NCBI RefSeq assembly: GCF_009914755.1
Contig: NC_060931.1
DNA length: 64,000 nt
Origin: the human T2T-CHM13v2.0 reference genome, Homo sapiens
Reading direction: 5' to 3' (one strand)
Positions within the stretch are counted from its first letter, which is position 1. Each line of letters begins with the position of its first letter. This document shows, in pieces, positions 28,255 to 48,148 of the stretch. A program made the translations under genes and the position numbers. The notes under the pieces were generated by a model that ran no database searches, was not told the origin of the DNA, and saw only the letters and a list, made by a program, of their open reading frames with translations.

Positions 28255-28610
28255 ACATCCACAAGGGTGCACAGATGGGTTTCAGGGCAATCTCCTGCAA
28301 CTGCATGTCAAATGTGGTAGGTACGTGCCTTTGGGTTTATTTGTTATCAGAGGAGAAAACTGTTCTCATCAGAGTTTCAAAAATGTTCATAATTCACAAA
28401 AAAGAAGCAAGTTAGGATGTCCTGCAGATATGTGTGCTCAGGCCACCTACTTACTTGCAGTGTAACCTTGAGCAAATTACTTAAACTCCCTAAACAGGAG
28501 TCTCTTCCTCCATAAAACGGTGATAATCATATCTATCCGGAAGATTGGCATGAGAATTAAAGTGAATGCAGTGCCTGGCACATGGTAACAACTCAATAAA
28601 TGGTAACCTT
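28255..28610 (+). mobile_element. hAT-Charlie MITE fragment followed by MIR
   Basis: ctcatcagagtttcaaaaatgttcataattcacaaaaa; gtgtaaccttgagcaaattacttaaactc...gtgcctggcacatggtaacaactcaataaatg. Confidence 0.55.
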
Positions 28611-29403
28611 GTTGATACACAATTGTATAGCCTTAACATGACTTAATTTCTCAAATATCCTGTTCATTGCCAAATAGCCTTGACTCTCCTTGTGTCATTT
28701 CATCCTTCTCTCAAGGCTCAGAGAAAAATGGTATCATTTTCCACACTGACTCCCCCAATCTCTCCATCTTGTTCCTTCATGTTTCTTGGATCTTACTTTC
28801 TCATTGCTTCCTTCAACATCTTTCATCTCTCTTCCTCTGCTGTGTTCTTCTCTCCATACTAGTTCCCCACTTTTTGCAAAATATTTTCTTGCCATAATTC
28901 TATCTATAATTGTATACCTCCTTTTCCTTTTACCATCTCTTTTTGAATATGTGGTGGGCTCCAATGTGTCCAGTTCTTAATTCTTAAATGGCTAAATATG
29001 GTTTCTGCATGTGAATGAAAATGAAAGGTCAGCAGTTACATTCCCAGGAGCTGACTTCTCTCGCAAACTGCTGGTCAGAAACAAGGCTGGTGAACGGTTC
29101 TGATGAGGCTTCATTTGGGCATTGTCCTGTGTATGGAGACAAAGATCTACTGCAGACCTTGTTGCTAATGTATTCTCAATTCCTCAATTTTATTCGTGCT
29201 ATCAGAACAAGCTCCATCCTAACTAGACTATGTGATGCTCTTTATCAACTAACCAGCATAACATGCACACTCAACATGAACAGATATCCAGAAAGAATGA
29301 CTTCAAACACTTTCAAATGTCTTCACATAGCTTTTCTCAATTCTCAGCCTGTGGTATTGCTTATAGCATTGAGTGTGGCAGCCTTACCTCAAGCTCCATA
29401 ATC

Positions 29404-29690
<287 letters not shown>

Positions 29691-30289
29691 CTCTATATTA
29701 TTATCGCTTGCATCTTAACACATCTACTCAAATACAATATCACTAAAACTGAAAATAATCAATAGCTAAATTTTCATCCGCCTGAAACTGGTTCTCCTAC
29801 TCCACCTTCTTGAGTCTCCAGTTTGTGCCAGTGTTATCACTCAAGTTCCCTACTATGAAAAAACCGACCCTGGTGATGAGTTGACACCATGAAACAGAGA
29901 CTCCAACAAGGAGTAACCTGCAGCACCTCTCTTCCCACTCCTAAGGGATCAGCTATCCCAAAGCATTTGGTCCTCTCCTTTCAGTTTAATCTGAAATTAG
30001 CCTAGTCCATTCCTAGGGCATAGATATGAGGTCTCCTATTTTAGGAACTAGGTCTTGCTCTGAAGGTCCAAATTTCTTGAGGTCAAAAGTAATTAAATTT
30101 GGAAAACTTTCCATTATGGTGAGCGAAAATCTCCAATACAATTAATTCAGAGTTTTAATAGGGCTTTTTATGATTTTAATAATGCTATCCATATTTGTAA
30201 GCAAATTAGAGCTTCAAAAGACCATTTCATCTCTTTCTATATTATATATGTGCACATACACACAAACACACACACACATAAACATGTGC

Positions 30290-30670
30290 AGTTATTTATT
30301 AGTCAAAGATTTATTGAGCAACTTTCATACTCAAGTTAGGTTGTTAGGCAAATGGGATACGAAGATGACTAAAATATCATCTCTGTCCTGGAAAAGGTCA
30401 TTACTAGAGGAGACAAATATATAAACAAATAACATCGTAACAATAGCAGTTGTACTAGCTAACTCTTGCTGTGTGCTTCCTGTTTGCTAGACACTTTGTC
30501 AAGTGCTTTACATGGATATTTTATTTAATAGTGTGCAATAATACTACAGGTAGGTACTATTATAGATAAACAGAGGTTTTAAAGATGTTGGGTGCCTTGT
30601 CCAAGCCTATGAATGGGCAAAAGCTTCAAACCTAAGTCTGTCTAACCTGTAAAGCAAACTTTGAACTAGC
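30290..30670 (-). mobile_element. L2 and MIR fragments
   Basis: atttattgagcaacttt...aatgggatacgaagatgactaaa; aagtgctttacatggatatt...aggtaggtactattat. Confidence 0.6.
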
Positions 30671-31193
30671 ACATTTTCTTGCATCCAAAATTCTGGAGGA
30701 GCAAAGAAACAGGAAGAATGCCATGGGGTATGCAGCAAGGAAGGTGGTTCTTACTCCACAGCTAGTCTTGGACTTACTAGAGAAAAGGGACACTGATTGA
30801 GTCCCTAGAACCTAAAGCCTAGGGAATAAAAGGAGGCAAGGAGCAGGGGTCCTTCCAAAGTCAGAGCTGCATTGCTGGGAACTGCTTTATCAATTGGCCC
30901 AGGCAGCCCAACCCTCGGTACAAGAGGCATAGGAGGACTCCCTTGCCTCTCTTTGTACCTCTCAGTTAGGTTTACCAATAGCTCAGACATTGTTGATCTG
31001 TGTTGTCATTCCCATTTATCACTACAGTGTGAGTCATTGTTTTCCCATACTGCTTCTTTGAAGAAGCAATAGATGTGATCCACACCCATTTTACACTGGT
31101 CAGCAGCACTGGAATTGAGGAACAACCAAGGACAGTTACACAACAAAATTTTTGGTAACACAGGCCTAATATCTGCCTCATAAAACTTTTCTA

Positions 31194-33100
<1,907 letters not shown>

Positions 33101-33764
33101 ACCATAAGACTTCCTATCAAAGGTGCTCAAAGTTCTTCATCCACTTAGTCTTCAAAAAATGTTTTCTGAGGCCCTAATATGCACCTAGGCAGTGATCCAA
33201 GTACTGGGGTAGAGCTATAAAAAGAAAAGACAAAATGTCTGCCCTCAGAAAACTTGTTTACTTGCAAATGTAGCTGGATGAAAACTTAAAACTTAGCTTG
33301 ATAAGGAACTAGTCCTGACAACAAATTACATAGAATGATAAAAAGGACAAGATGCAATTTCACTTATAAAAAGAGCTTCAAAATGAGTTGGCAAGTGGAT
33401 GAGATTCTTTTTAAGCTATGATTTTATTGTTTTTTAAAAAACATGTCTTTTTAATTTTTTTTAAATCAAGCTATGTAGAAAATTACAAAGAAAGAAAGCA
33501 ATAAATCGCCCATATCCTCCTTTCTGGATTCGCTCATGCTATCTTTGATGAATACAATTCCAGACATCTCTGGGCAGCTTTAGACACAGGTAGATATGAT
33601 GGTATATGAGAAGGATCACACTATATGTGATTTTAGTAGAATTATTAAATAAAACTATACTTGAATTTAAAAAGAAACAGAAATTGGAGTAAAACTGGCT
33701 TGGATTATTGAACTGTAAATAAATATTTTTAACGAACAGTAATACTAAAAATTCATCAAAGGGA

Positions 33765-35153
33765 GGGCTGGAAATCCACATGCAGAAGAATAAAATTGGA
33801 ACTTTATCTCACACCATATAAGAAAATAAACTCGAAATGGACTAAAGACAAAAATGTAAGATCTGAAAACCTAAAACTACTAAAAGAAAACATAGAGGAA
33901 AAGCTACTTGAAAGCGGTCTGGGCAATAATTTTTTTGGATATGACAATGAAAGCATAGGCAACAAAAATAGACAAGTGAGATTGCATCAAAAGACAAACC
34001 TTCTTCAGAGCAAAGAATACAAACAGAGTGTAAAGATAACTTCTGGAATGGGAGAAAATATTTGCAAGCCATATATCTGATAAGCAGTTCAAATCCAAAA
34101 TATTTAAGAACCCAGACAACTCATCAGAAAATAACTTAAAAATCAAATAACCTGATTCTAAAATGAGCAAAGAACCTGAAAAGACATTTCTCAAAGGAAG
34201 ATATATAAATGGCCAAGAGGTATATGAAAGGGTGCTCAACATCACTAATCATGAGGGAAATACAAATCAAGGCTGTGGTGAGCTATCGCCTCACACCTGT
34301 TAGAATGATTATCATCAAAACACAAAAGATAAGTATTGGCGAGGATGTGGAAAAAAGAGAACTCTTGTACACTGTTGGTAAAAATGTAAATTAGTACAGA
34401 CATTATGGAAAATGCAATGCAGGTTCTTCAACAAATTAAAATAGAACTGTGATTCTAAAAATGGTTCAACAAAACCACTTCTGGGTATATATCCAAAGTA
34501 AATGAAATCACTATCTCCAAGCGATATCTGCACTCCCATGCTCATTGCTGCATTACTCACAATAGCCAAGATATGGCAACAACCTAAATGCCCACTGACA
34601 GATAAATAAAACGGGTTACATATGTACAATGAAATATTATTCCTTCACATAAATGAAGGAAATCCTGTCATTTGCAATAACATGGAACCTGGAGGACATT
34701 ATACTAAGTGAAATAAGTCAGACAGAGAAAGACGAATACTGCATGATCTTACATGTGAAATCTAAAAAAGCCAAATTTATAAAAGCAGAGAGTAGAATGT
34801 CTGCCAGGGACTGGGGGAGAAGAAAATAGGGAGATGTTGGTCAAAGGGTACAAAGGTTCAGGTATGCAGGGTGAATAAGTTCCAGTGATGGAATGTACAA
34901 TATGGTGACTATTGTTAACAATACCTCATTACATACTTGAAATTTGCTAAAAGATACATCTCAAGGATTCTTACCACAGCAAAGAAAGAAAAAGAGAAAG
35001 AGAAGAAAAATAAAATTGTAACTATGTGAGGTGATGGCTATGTTCATTAGGTTGGTGGTAATTATTTCACAATGTAAACATGTATCAAAACATCAAATTG
35101 TTCACCTTAAATATACAAAATTTTTATTTGTCAATTATACCTCAACAAAGCTG
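33765..35153 (+). mobile_element. L1MA9/L1MB-like 3' portion
   Basis: [37 protein letters not shown]; 3'UTR ending tgtcaattatacctcaacaaagctg. Confidence 0.9.
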
Positions 35154-35239
35154 TCGGGGAGGATGGGGAGGAAAGCTGGAAAATGCACCATGAGAACAGC
35201 AGGAGGATGGGGCTGGCTGAGGAAGCCAAAGTGAGAAGG

Positions 35240-35915
35240 CAGTCCCTTCTTAAGGTGGCAGCTCATTCTCAGGTCCAGACAGGCTTGCCTTCTGGGAATT
35301 GAGTCTTGTAGTTTCAAATTTTATAATTACTTGAGAAATCCCAGAAACTGGATTTTTATTTAAAATTTTGATTTTTTTTAAAGATTCGGACATTTTTTCA
35401 AGTTATTTAAGAAAAGTGCTGTCCCCAGCCTAACATCTCTGACTCTCTAATTTTAATCCCCAATGTAAGCACTTTTAATGACCTGCATTTTCCAAATATT
35501 TATCTTGCTATTTCCAAAAACTGTGCTTATGTTGTTATTTCTTGATTTATCCATTTTAAGTATAATCTATTCAACTCTTATTATCAGAGATGACCTACCC
35601 CCCCCCAATTATTTTTGTTTAAATTACCATGACTGTATTAATAGTCACTGCTAAACCAAGTGGTAAACTATAATTATTGCCTAGATGTACAACTTTGTTT
35701 CATTTTTCTAAAAAGTAGCACTTTCTTATTTTATTATTTTTTCCCTTTTCCATGTAACTATTGCTAATTCTTCCCTTATTCTCAAATAACCTCCCAAAAC
35801 AATCTTCCAGCTGTCATATGTATCACATGAGCTATTGATCCATTTTCCCCACCCGAAGATTTCCCTCCTAAAGTGCTCCATGTTTTTGCTACAATGTGTA
35901 CTGATTTTCTAGACA
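35240..35915. mobile_element. Old hAT (MER102-like) and L1ME-like fragments
   Basis: aaggtggcagctcattctcaggtccagacagg...ccagaaactggatttttatttaaaatt; adjacent T-rich degenerate antisense L1-like tract. Confidence 0.4.
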
Positions 35916-36919
35916 TGGTTCTTAAAGCCTCAGTAATATTGCTGTGATGTAAGGAAAGGGAAACATACTTTCTTAAGGATTATTATTTAAATAAAAATTT
36001 TAAACATTGGCTGCCTTTGCTGCGTAGAATTAGAGGCTTTTTTTCCGAGACAATTCTTACTAACTCTTCACTCTCAGCAACCATATCTATTGGTAGACGT
36101 AAACCCATACAGTCCAGTTGCAGTAAGAAGCCTTTAGGTCAACATTTTTCTCGAAGGTGGCCTATTTTAGGATTTCTCATTGTTTAATACAGAAGAACAA
36201 CTGCTCAATATTTCAGTCTTCGCTTCCAACATTAGTTTTGCTTCCTCTCCATGTGTTTGAGTGTTTTTGATGTCTAAGGTTTTTACAGCAGACATTAGCT
36301 TCCTGAAATTTAATTCAAACATTTTGTAAAGGTCACTGTGTATATGTGTGTGTGCGTTTTCCGAGGAGCAGGTCCACAGTTTTTATCAGATTCTCAAAGC
36401 CGTTCTTGATGCCAAGAGGTTAAAAATTTCTGCTTTGTGGAGTAGATGTGCTCGTAATTTGGAGAATCAAAATAATAAAGTTAGAAGGGACAAGAAGAAA
36501 CCATTTGGCAGTTAAGCAATTAAGCCATCCAGGAGATAGAGTGAGTTATCCTTTTCTGGAAGCGGCTCATCCATGACTAAAGTGCACAGCTTTTCACCTG
36601 TCAAAACCAGTAGGCTTCAAATCTCCTCACCAGACTATAGAACCCAGTTAGGCTCTTTGACAGACAGCAGCCTATTGCTCCTTATTACAATTCTTACAGG
36701 GCCTCCTCACCATCCCCCACCATGCAGATTGCACAAGTCACCACCTGCACAGACAGGCAACTCTCTCTGCACACCAAGCTGGATTTCTGGTAAGTGTGTG
36801 GGATTACATAAAATGCATCAGACAAGGAGGAAGAATACTTGTAATTAGTCCTATTCAGCTATCAACTCACCACATCCCTCAAGTGTGACATAAGGGAATT
36901 TAAAGGAAAAGGAACCAAT

Positions 36920-37225
36920 ATTTTTTTTAAGTATGCATAATGAGCCAGGAGCTGCATATATATAAATTTCAGTTAATTCTCTTGATATTGGTATGGGATC
37001 TATTATTATCTTCACTTGACAGAATAAATACTAAGAGAGAGATAACTTGTTCAAGATCATAGTGAATCACAGAGCTAAAATTCTAACTGACCCCTTTTTG
37101 TAAATATAAACTTTATTTTTTTAGACTGGTTTTAAATTTACAGCAAAATTGACTGAAAATTACAGAGAGCTTTCACGTACCCCATCCCCACACATGCACA
37201 ACCTCCCCGGCTCTCAATATTCACT
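36920..37225 (-). mobile_element. MIR plus L1MB/MC 3' fragment
   Basis: gataacttgttcaagatcata; taaactttattttt...aaatttacagcaaaattgactgaaaattacagagag. Confidence 0.6.
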
Positions 37226-37799
37226 GAGTGTGTTTTTTTAAACACGCAAAAAAGGCATTTTCTTTCTTCTGCCAAAATTCTGCAATTCTAAATCCATTCA
37301 TGTAACAGCAAATGTGTTTGAGTAATATCACATTTAAAAGGCCCCTACTATTAATTATATTAAAGCAAAATATGTTTTACGTAATGAATAATTAATAACC
37401 ACTTCATCATTTATATTTTGAGTAAATGTAGAGTTTCTCATACAGGATTTTCTTAGAGTAGAGTAAACTCTATCCAGACCTAGTCCATATGATAAAATGA
37501 CTCTATTGATGCTTAAATTCATGTATGTGATCATATTAAATTGCATATTTTGAAGAATAACTTGTGATATACAATTTCTAAACTGTCTTTATTCACACAA
37601 AGTTCCATGAAAATCAGAAAATGAAAGTACCTAATCTCACTTCATAGCTGGAGCCATTTAATGACGAATACTCAACCAGAAAAAAAAAAAAAGTGATAGG
37701 GAGACAGTAGGCAAGAGAAACAGAATTTAAAACTGTTTGGTAAAATGTAGATTAAAAACTTCAAAAAGATAAAAAATATTGGTGGCTTTAGAATATTTT

Positions 37800-37975
37800 G
37801 AACAAGTTAGTTAATCTTGCAATTCTTCAGTTTCCTCAGCTGTAAAATGTGGATAACAACCAGATCTGCCTCATGAAGACCCTGTGAGAATTAAACAAGA
37901 TGATGTGTGCAGAGTACAGAAGTCAGTGAGCCCAGCATCTACAAGTGACTATGTGAATTAGTGGTTATTATGGCT
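37800..37975 (+). mobile_element. MIR
   Basis: aacaagttagttaatct...cttcagtttcctcagctgtaaaatgtggataa...tgtgagaattaaacaagatgatgtgtg. Confidence 0.7.
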
Positions 37976-40335
37976 ACGATTGTGCCTGCTGCTGCTAAAG
38001 TCAAACGTTTTTTTCCTTTCATAACTGAACATAGCAGGATTTGCATTTGTGGAAGATGGTACCAAGATACCTATCTCTCTGAAAGTCAAATAAAGAGAAA
38101 AATAAAAAAATGTCGATTCATCTTCATTACATTTTGCCCTAAAAATTTACTACTTGTTTTTTGTCTTAAAATAATAGTCTTTTAAATTGAAAACAAAACA
38201 AAACAAAACACATAAGTCTTTGCGGGAAAGCAGAGCAGTCAGATCAGCCACTGCCTCATGTGTGGAGTCTGTGCTACCTTTTCAACAACATTAAAATTAC
38301 ATGGCAAAGTTCTATCCACTCTAAACAGGGAATCTCTTAGGAAGAGATTGAGAAATAACAGAACCAAGACGCAGACCACGTGAGGCTCTATTGTCGCCAT
38401 AAGTCATGACCGTGGTCTAGAAATTTAGACACGAATTTACCTCCACTTTTTTCATCAACAAAGTGAACACGAATGCACGCCTTAAAATCAGAGGATCCAA
38501 AATGTAACATATAAACTGGATTTTAGATGTCATTTCATTTGAATTTTTTCAGCAAAGCAAGCTTCAAAAACTCTGGAGAGAATTTCTGAGAATCACAATG
38601 CGACTAAAGCCTTTTTCTCCACTGAATTTTAAAATTCTGTCCTTGAAGAAAGACGCCTCAAATTAAAGTGTCATAGCCATGATCACCCACTAGGGGCAGA
38701 ATTAGGACAAGCAGGAAAATCTAACACCCAGCCCAGCACCCTTTCCAGTACCTCAAGAGAACTATCAAAAGAAAGGTTTTTTGAAACTAGTACTCTTTTT
38801 TTCCTACTTCAGGCTGTCTAAGGTCATTATATTTTGAGGATAAAACAAAAGTCCAAGAACACAAATAATTCAGCTCTAGCCACTTACCCAGAAGGAGAAA
38901 ATGAAAGGCTCTCTGCCAAGGTTATGTAAGATGTCACCCCCAAAACAATATCCCACTGACAGAGAAAGGGAACAGCCAGAATCTTGGCATGTGGCTGTAA
39001 AGCTCAAAGTTCAGTTCCATTTCAGACGTACCTAGAGTCGCTCAGGGAATTCTCCCCAAACATTTAAATTCAGCAATGGAAAAGTATTTAAGTTACATGG
39101 GAGTCATTTTTTATTCTTTTCTTTTCAGCAAGTGTTGCTTTCTTTGAAATATGAATTATATACATCCACTATAATTAAATGTCTCTGATGGAGAATGAAT
39201 GGCAGTTGGAACCTAGTTTTTCACTTGTTCCATTTATCACAGGATGTAAAATACTCTTACTCTGGTAAATATTTCTTCAGAGTATCATTCTCGAGTAGAT
39301 TATGTGATTTTCCTTTACAAGATCAAATGCTTAGGGGGGAAAGTATTAATTTAAAATGCCTAGGAGAGGTGTGTATAGATCCCGACTTTAAATAATCAAT
39401 GCTTGTTATTCTATTTAATTAAACTAGTAAGGCAAACATCTTCCCAATAGAGCCCAAAAGAAAGCAAAATGAAATAAACTAGATTCCAAGAAATGATTTC
39501 ACCTTGTAAGTAAGCTGTCTGCTTTTCTTCTCTTCATCTTCCACCTTTTTTTAATTCATTCTCATTGCCATCTCTGCCTGTCACCACCTGAAACCTCAAA
39601 AGGAAGTTTATCCCTGTGAAAGATAGTTCTTCCTACTGCCATTGTAACATTAGAATTGTTTTAAAGACAAACAACTCTGGAGTTAAACATGATGGATGCA
39701 AACAACAAAAGGATTCTTTTGTTATCACAACAATCCCTGCTGTCCTCATTTTGCTACTATGTGAATTTAGAAGTACACTTAGTAAGGTCGGAGTTATGCA
39801 TAGGATGTACCTATTTTTTCATATTTGCAATGATTTGGGAAGCTGGATTAACTTAAGTGCTATAAGACATGGCCTAAAAAAGTAGAGCCACTTCTGGTCG
39901 AGAATACTCTATGCGCCACTCTCTTACATTTCAAACTAGAATCTTCTTGACCGTGGACCAAACTGACTGTGGCTTGCCACAAGGTTCATCTCCCTGTGTC
40001 TGGGTCAGTTTTCCCAGCCTATAACCCAAAGTCAGCCTGTCAAGATCCTCAACATGCCAGCAAGAGCTGTGTATGAAAAAAATGATTATTTATGAAATTA
40101 TAAAGTTGTTTTATAATCACATCATATAAAAATTAAGCTTGACATCATTATCTGGAATAAAATCATTCTAAGCCAAGAAGTAGTTCACCAGTTTAAAGTA
40201 TTTACTTAACCTGTTTATAAAATCATTTTTTTAGAAAAGACTAAAACACATACCTAGAAAATCACTGAGCTCATCTAAAGAGTGTCCATTGTGGTATAGC
40301 ATAAACTCTGTAGTGGCTACATTCTGAAATCATAG

Positions 40336-42881
<2,546 letters not shown>

Positions 42882-45108
42882 CATAGCCTATAATTAAAAA
42901 TTATTTTTAAAATGCAGAGCAGTAACTTTCATCTGGTAAGATCAATATCGATAGTTTGTCAGTTACTTGAAAAAGCTGAACAAAGTAGAGGAGTTTTAAA
43001 ATCAAATATTGTAATTTAAAACCTGAAAATAAACATGAATTTACCAATCTTTTAATGTAGAGGGTCTCCTTTTATTGAGTGCACATTATCTGATTAGAAA
43101 TCCATATCATCTTTCCTGAATAACCCACATCCACAAGGCGTTCTCTCCAAATCCCCACTTCCCTTGCAAGAACCCAGAAATAATTTTGCAGAAATTTTAG
43201 AATACAGGCCTTCAAGATTTTCAGTTTCCCCTCCAACCTCTTATATTTGTTTCATCCACATCCAAATTTAATAGCAAGTCTAGTAACTTCTCTTTATCAA
43301 GTCTTTCTAAGCATTATATATAATTAGTTTTCAGAGAAATAAAAATCCCCTTTTATTTTGCAGTCATATTTCACGGTTCACATAATATTGCAATTACCCA
43401 CTTTAATTCAATGGCAAGTATAGGTGGCATAAACAGGATTGGGACAAACTCACCTGACCCTTGGCAGGCACACAATTCTATTGGGAAAGCAAAACTGTGG
43501 GGATCCTGCTAGCTTACTTTCAGGATGATACAGACATCAGATAGTATAAGAAAAAAAAATTGGTTAATATGTTGAGTCAGTTAAGTGGAGATACTCAGTT
43601 GGAATATCCAAATCCATATCCAAGTCCATATCTTTTACTATTTCCTCACACTTTCATCCTTCCATCTTTGATATAGTTTTCCTCTTTTACCTGATCCCTG
43701 CAGTTTTTTAAAAGTAGTTGATTTCCAAACACATTGTATTAACATTTTCTAAGCAATTTGCATTTCAGTTAATGTTATACAATACAAAGTATATTTCTGG
43801 CTTTAAAAGAGGGCTTCATCAAAGGAGTTTATTTTTAAAATCTAATCAAGCAATGTAAAAATCGTTAAGTGAGAAACAAGCTCTTACAATATTGATGAGT
43901 AAAAGAATAAGATCTTCATAGGTAACCAACATATATCACCACATATATACATGGAAACAAAGGTGAATTTAGGTTGACTTTCATTTACATTTATAGTAAA
44001 TAAGACAATGTATCGTGGCCTTCCCTGGGAATAAATGTTTTTTTCACTTGAAATTGATATCCATGAAATCAGTTAGGCAGTTCCAATATAATTCGCCTTT
44101 CCGTTTTAGATAAGGACCAGATGTGCTCTATTGGGACACATGTTTTCATGTCCATTTGTATTTTCCCTTCAGGACTGAGGGTGTGGAGTCTAGAATTAGT
44201 GAGGCTCTCTGATTTGAAACTGCACCTCCCTCACCTACTACATTATATGTCTAAGCAACAGTCTCCTCCCCATGGCTCTTCTGTCCCATGCAGAACACAG
44301 TCATGCCTTGTGCTAAGCTGGTAGCCCCAGGTAGAGTAGCCCAGGAAATGCTTGGGTGAAAAGCTGTTACTCTTGTTCTCTAACTTATATTGCAGAAAAG
44401 CAGTGCTCCCACATTATAAAAGGACAGGCAAGAATCCCAGGAATCTCTTTACCTCTTCATAACAAATCCCACTCTGATGAGACTAGAATGAATTAACTCC
44501 AGTGCCTAATACACACATCACTACTATATGCAACAATTCTATTCACTATTCTAGAAAAGCCTTGCTAAACAAATCTGCCTTACAATGACATCTGCTGGGA
44601 GTTTCTGGCACTGGATTTTTTTTTTTTTAAGACCAATATCTGAGGTTAAAAAACACGGCTCAAGAGAAAGAGAATTTAACTGTGTCAAGAATCAATCTCT
44701 CAAGTTATCTTTCAAACTAGGGACTATATCGCTTAAAAAATAAAGAAAATATACCTCAGGTGAATTCATAATAAATATCAGATGCTGAGCTATGAAACTG
44801 AACCCAAAACATGAATTAACATTCGAATGCAGTGTTATCCAGCTTTTAAACATTCCATCTAGCAAGAAAAGGACAGAATATATGACATTCTTCTTGGATA
44901 TGCTTATACTTCAGAGAATTTCTCAATGCCGAAAATCTGTCATTTTTTTCAAAAATATCAAAGTATTTATTGAGCTTGATTATTCTTCATATTTAAGGGA
45001 CTACTGCTGTAAGTTTACGTTAGAAATCTTTAAGGGCTGGTGAAGAGCATTTTCCTTCTAACCCCAAGTTTGAATTCCAGTTGAGGATGTGGCCAAGGTA
45101 TGGTGTTA

Positions 45109-45492
<384 letters not shown>

Positions 45493-45924
45493 TTAAGATG
45501 ATGCCTAATATTTCTCTGTCAAAGTAACCTAAGCTATAAAAGAAAATCTCCTAACATTCTCTCCCCTGTGAAGCGGCAGACACCTAAACGAAGGAGGAGT
45601 TAAGTTATGGGAGTTCACCGATGAATTAGAAAGGCAAAAGGAATTATAACATGAACAAGTTATAATTCTACTTAATTGCACCCACTAAGACATATTAACA
45701 TGAGATGCAATTAACCTAAGTATTAGCACAAAGTCCAATCTCCAGCTACCACTTAGTCAAAAAATTTTTGTAACTGAATAGAAGTGTTCATTGTTCATTA
45801 AGGAAATTTATATTGGCATTATTGTATTTGACAGCATGATGGACAAATTACATTTCTCTTGCTATTGTTCATAGTAATAATTGAGGCCATTCTTTAACCT
45901 TTGATTAGATAATGATTAAGAAAT

Positions 45925-46060
45925 TCTTGAGATTATGTTTGTCAGAACATAAAACTGGAGATAATCTAAATATCAATAGGAGAATGGGTTTAAAAAAACT
46001 GTGGTATATTGATACAATGGAATATTAAAGGTTAAAATAAATGAACTAGAACTTCAAAAA
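45925..46060 (+). mobile_element. L1ME-like 3' fragment
   Basis: aaaactggagataatctaaatatcaataggagaatgg...aactgtggtatattgatacaatggaatatt...aaatgaactaga. Confidence 0.6.
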
Positions 46061-47514
46061 GAAAAGAAAAATATTATGAGCTTAATAACATTGCAATCTC
46101 TCTGAATTTCCTAAGAGAACAAAAAAAACAATTACAGAGAAATTGGACTGGTGTCCTGAGAAAAAGCCCATAGACTGTTAAAAAAAATTAAGCCATCATA
46201 TAGCTCTTTACTTCAGCCATAAGAGCCAGCACCCCAAATCTGTGCTGTTCAGATCTGTCCACCTTTCAATTTCATTTTCATGTTTAAGGACATGAAGCAA
46301 CACAATATTGAATCTAATAAAGTGTGAAGGCTGTGCTTTGCGGCAAGGCAGGAGTTATTCCCACAAAACTGACATAGGGTCAAAAAGCATAAAGAGTTGG
46401 TATATATTCTATAATTCCCCATCTTTTTCCTCATAAATGGAGCTTATTTTGAGGCATGGCTCTACAAGAGCAAAGGCTATGTCCAGCTCTGTTCAGTGCT
46501 ATTTTCCCAGTGCCTGCTGGTGAATGTTTATAGAACTGCTTTCCTACTTGTAAGCTATTTTACAACCTTGACACCTGATATATCCACATCTTAAAGCAGA
46601 TCTTTCCACATCTTTTCTGACTCTCATTGTTCCCTATTCTGCTCCACCCCAGATCCCAGATTCCAGGAGTCCACCTCAGCTAGTCTGAGTCTCCCTTACA
46701 TTGCTCTGGCGGCAGAGAGAGTCCTCTGATTTTTACAAAGGCCATCTGCTGCCTTGGACCAAAGACCTCTGCTCACTTGAGTCCTCTGGCATCAAGACTC
46801 TGGGAGTGAGAGAAGGGAGAGTAGAAACAACTGGAGCCATCACATGGAAGGTAAAGCATGTAAAGGAGCATCTAAGGAAATATTTGCCCACAAGGCAGTT
46901 TTTGAAATGGATGTTGAAAGATACTAGGGGCATGATTGGAGGAAACCAGGAAAATTTCAAAATCTTTGTCTTTTAATGTCACTCTGTTTGTATAAAAGCA
47001 TTTAAAACCGCAAACATTACACATATTGGGATAAAAGGACTATTTAGGCAGCTTTACAGTTAATTATACTGATTTGGCTTACCTGCTTATTCCCAATACC
47101 CAAATACGTGAATGTCTGTCTGCTTGCTACACAAGCAATAAACTATACTGACTGTACGCTCATATTAAGTTTCAACCAGGAACATAACCAAATATCTTGC
47201 TAATGCTGATTCTGAATGTTTTTGCTGACCATTTAAACAATAAACCAGTTTGACCAAAGAAGTTATTATGCAGTTGCAGAGATAGATATTTTATGTCCTC
47301 TTCTGCCGGATAATTTTTTCTTAAGCAAAAAATGTATAAATAATCTGCAAATAAAATAATTTTCATTTAGACTACTTCCATACATGTTTGCCAAATCTAT
47401 CCTGCTCCAATCCCCCAGCACTACTAGACCAAGTCTCATCTCTTTAGTCTGCATTACTGCCACAGCCCTGCCTCTGAACTTCTGCCTACCCTACCAAGAG
47501 AAAATGTTTTCACT

Positions 47515-47831
<317 letters not shown>

Positions 47832-47981
47832 TTACTCCTGTAAATTGATACAACAAAAATGCTGTAATGGCTTCTGATTTCTTTCAACTTCAAGCCACTT
47901 CCAAGACCCCGGTCCACTTTGTACATTTTATATTCCATTATTTCCCACTATATATGGAAAACACATTGTCTTCCAGGTTTA

Positions 47982-48148
47982 GAAATCTCTTTTTAGGTCA
48001 ATTAATATCAATATTCCCTTTAAGCTACTCAGATCTTGCCTTAAAAGAACTGCCTGGTCAGTAAGTCTCAACTCAATGCCACTAGAGCTTCCTCATACAA
48101 GTTATTCCCAGCAGCATTCCAGAAATCCATATTTGGAGCTCTAAGACA
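47982..48148 (+). repeat. Local direct repeat, copy 1 (derived)
   Basis: About 90% identical by hand alignment to 49044-49216; flanked by acacattgtctt at 47961-47972 and 48146-48157. Confidence 0.93.

Noticed and set aside
29015-29401. 128-aa ATG ORF in unique-looking sequence
   Set aside because: No recognisable homology or supporting gene structure; within chance expectation for 64 kb
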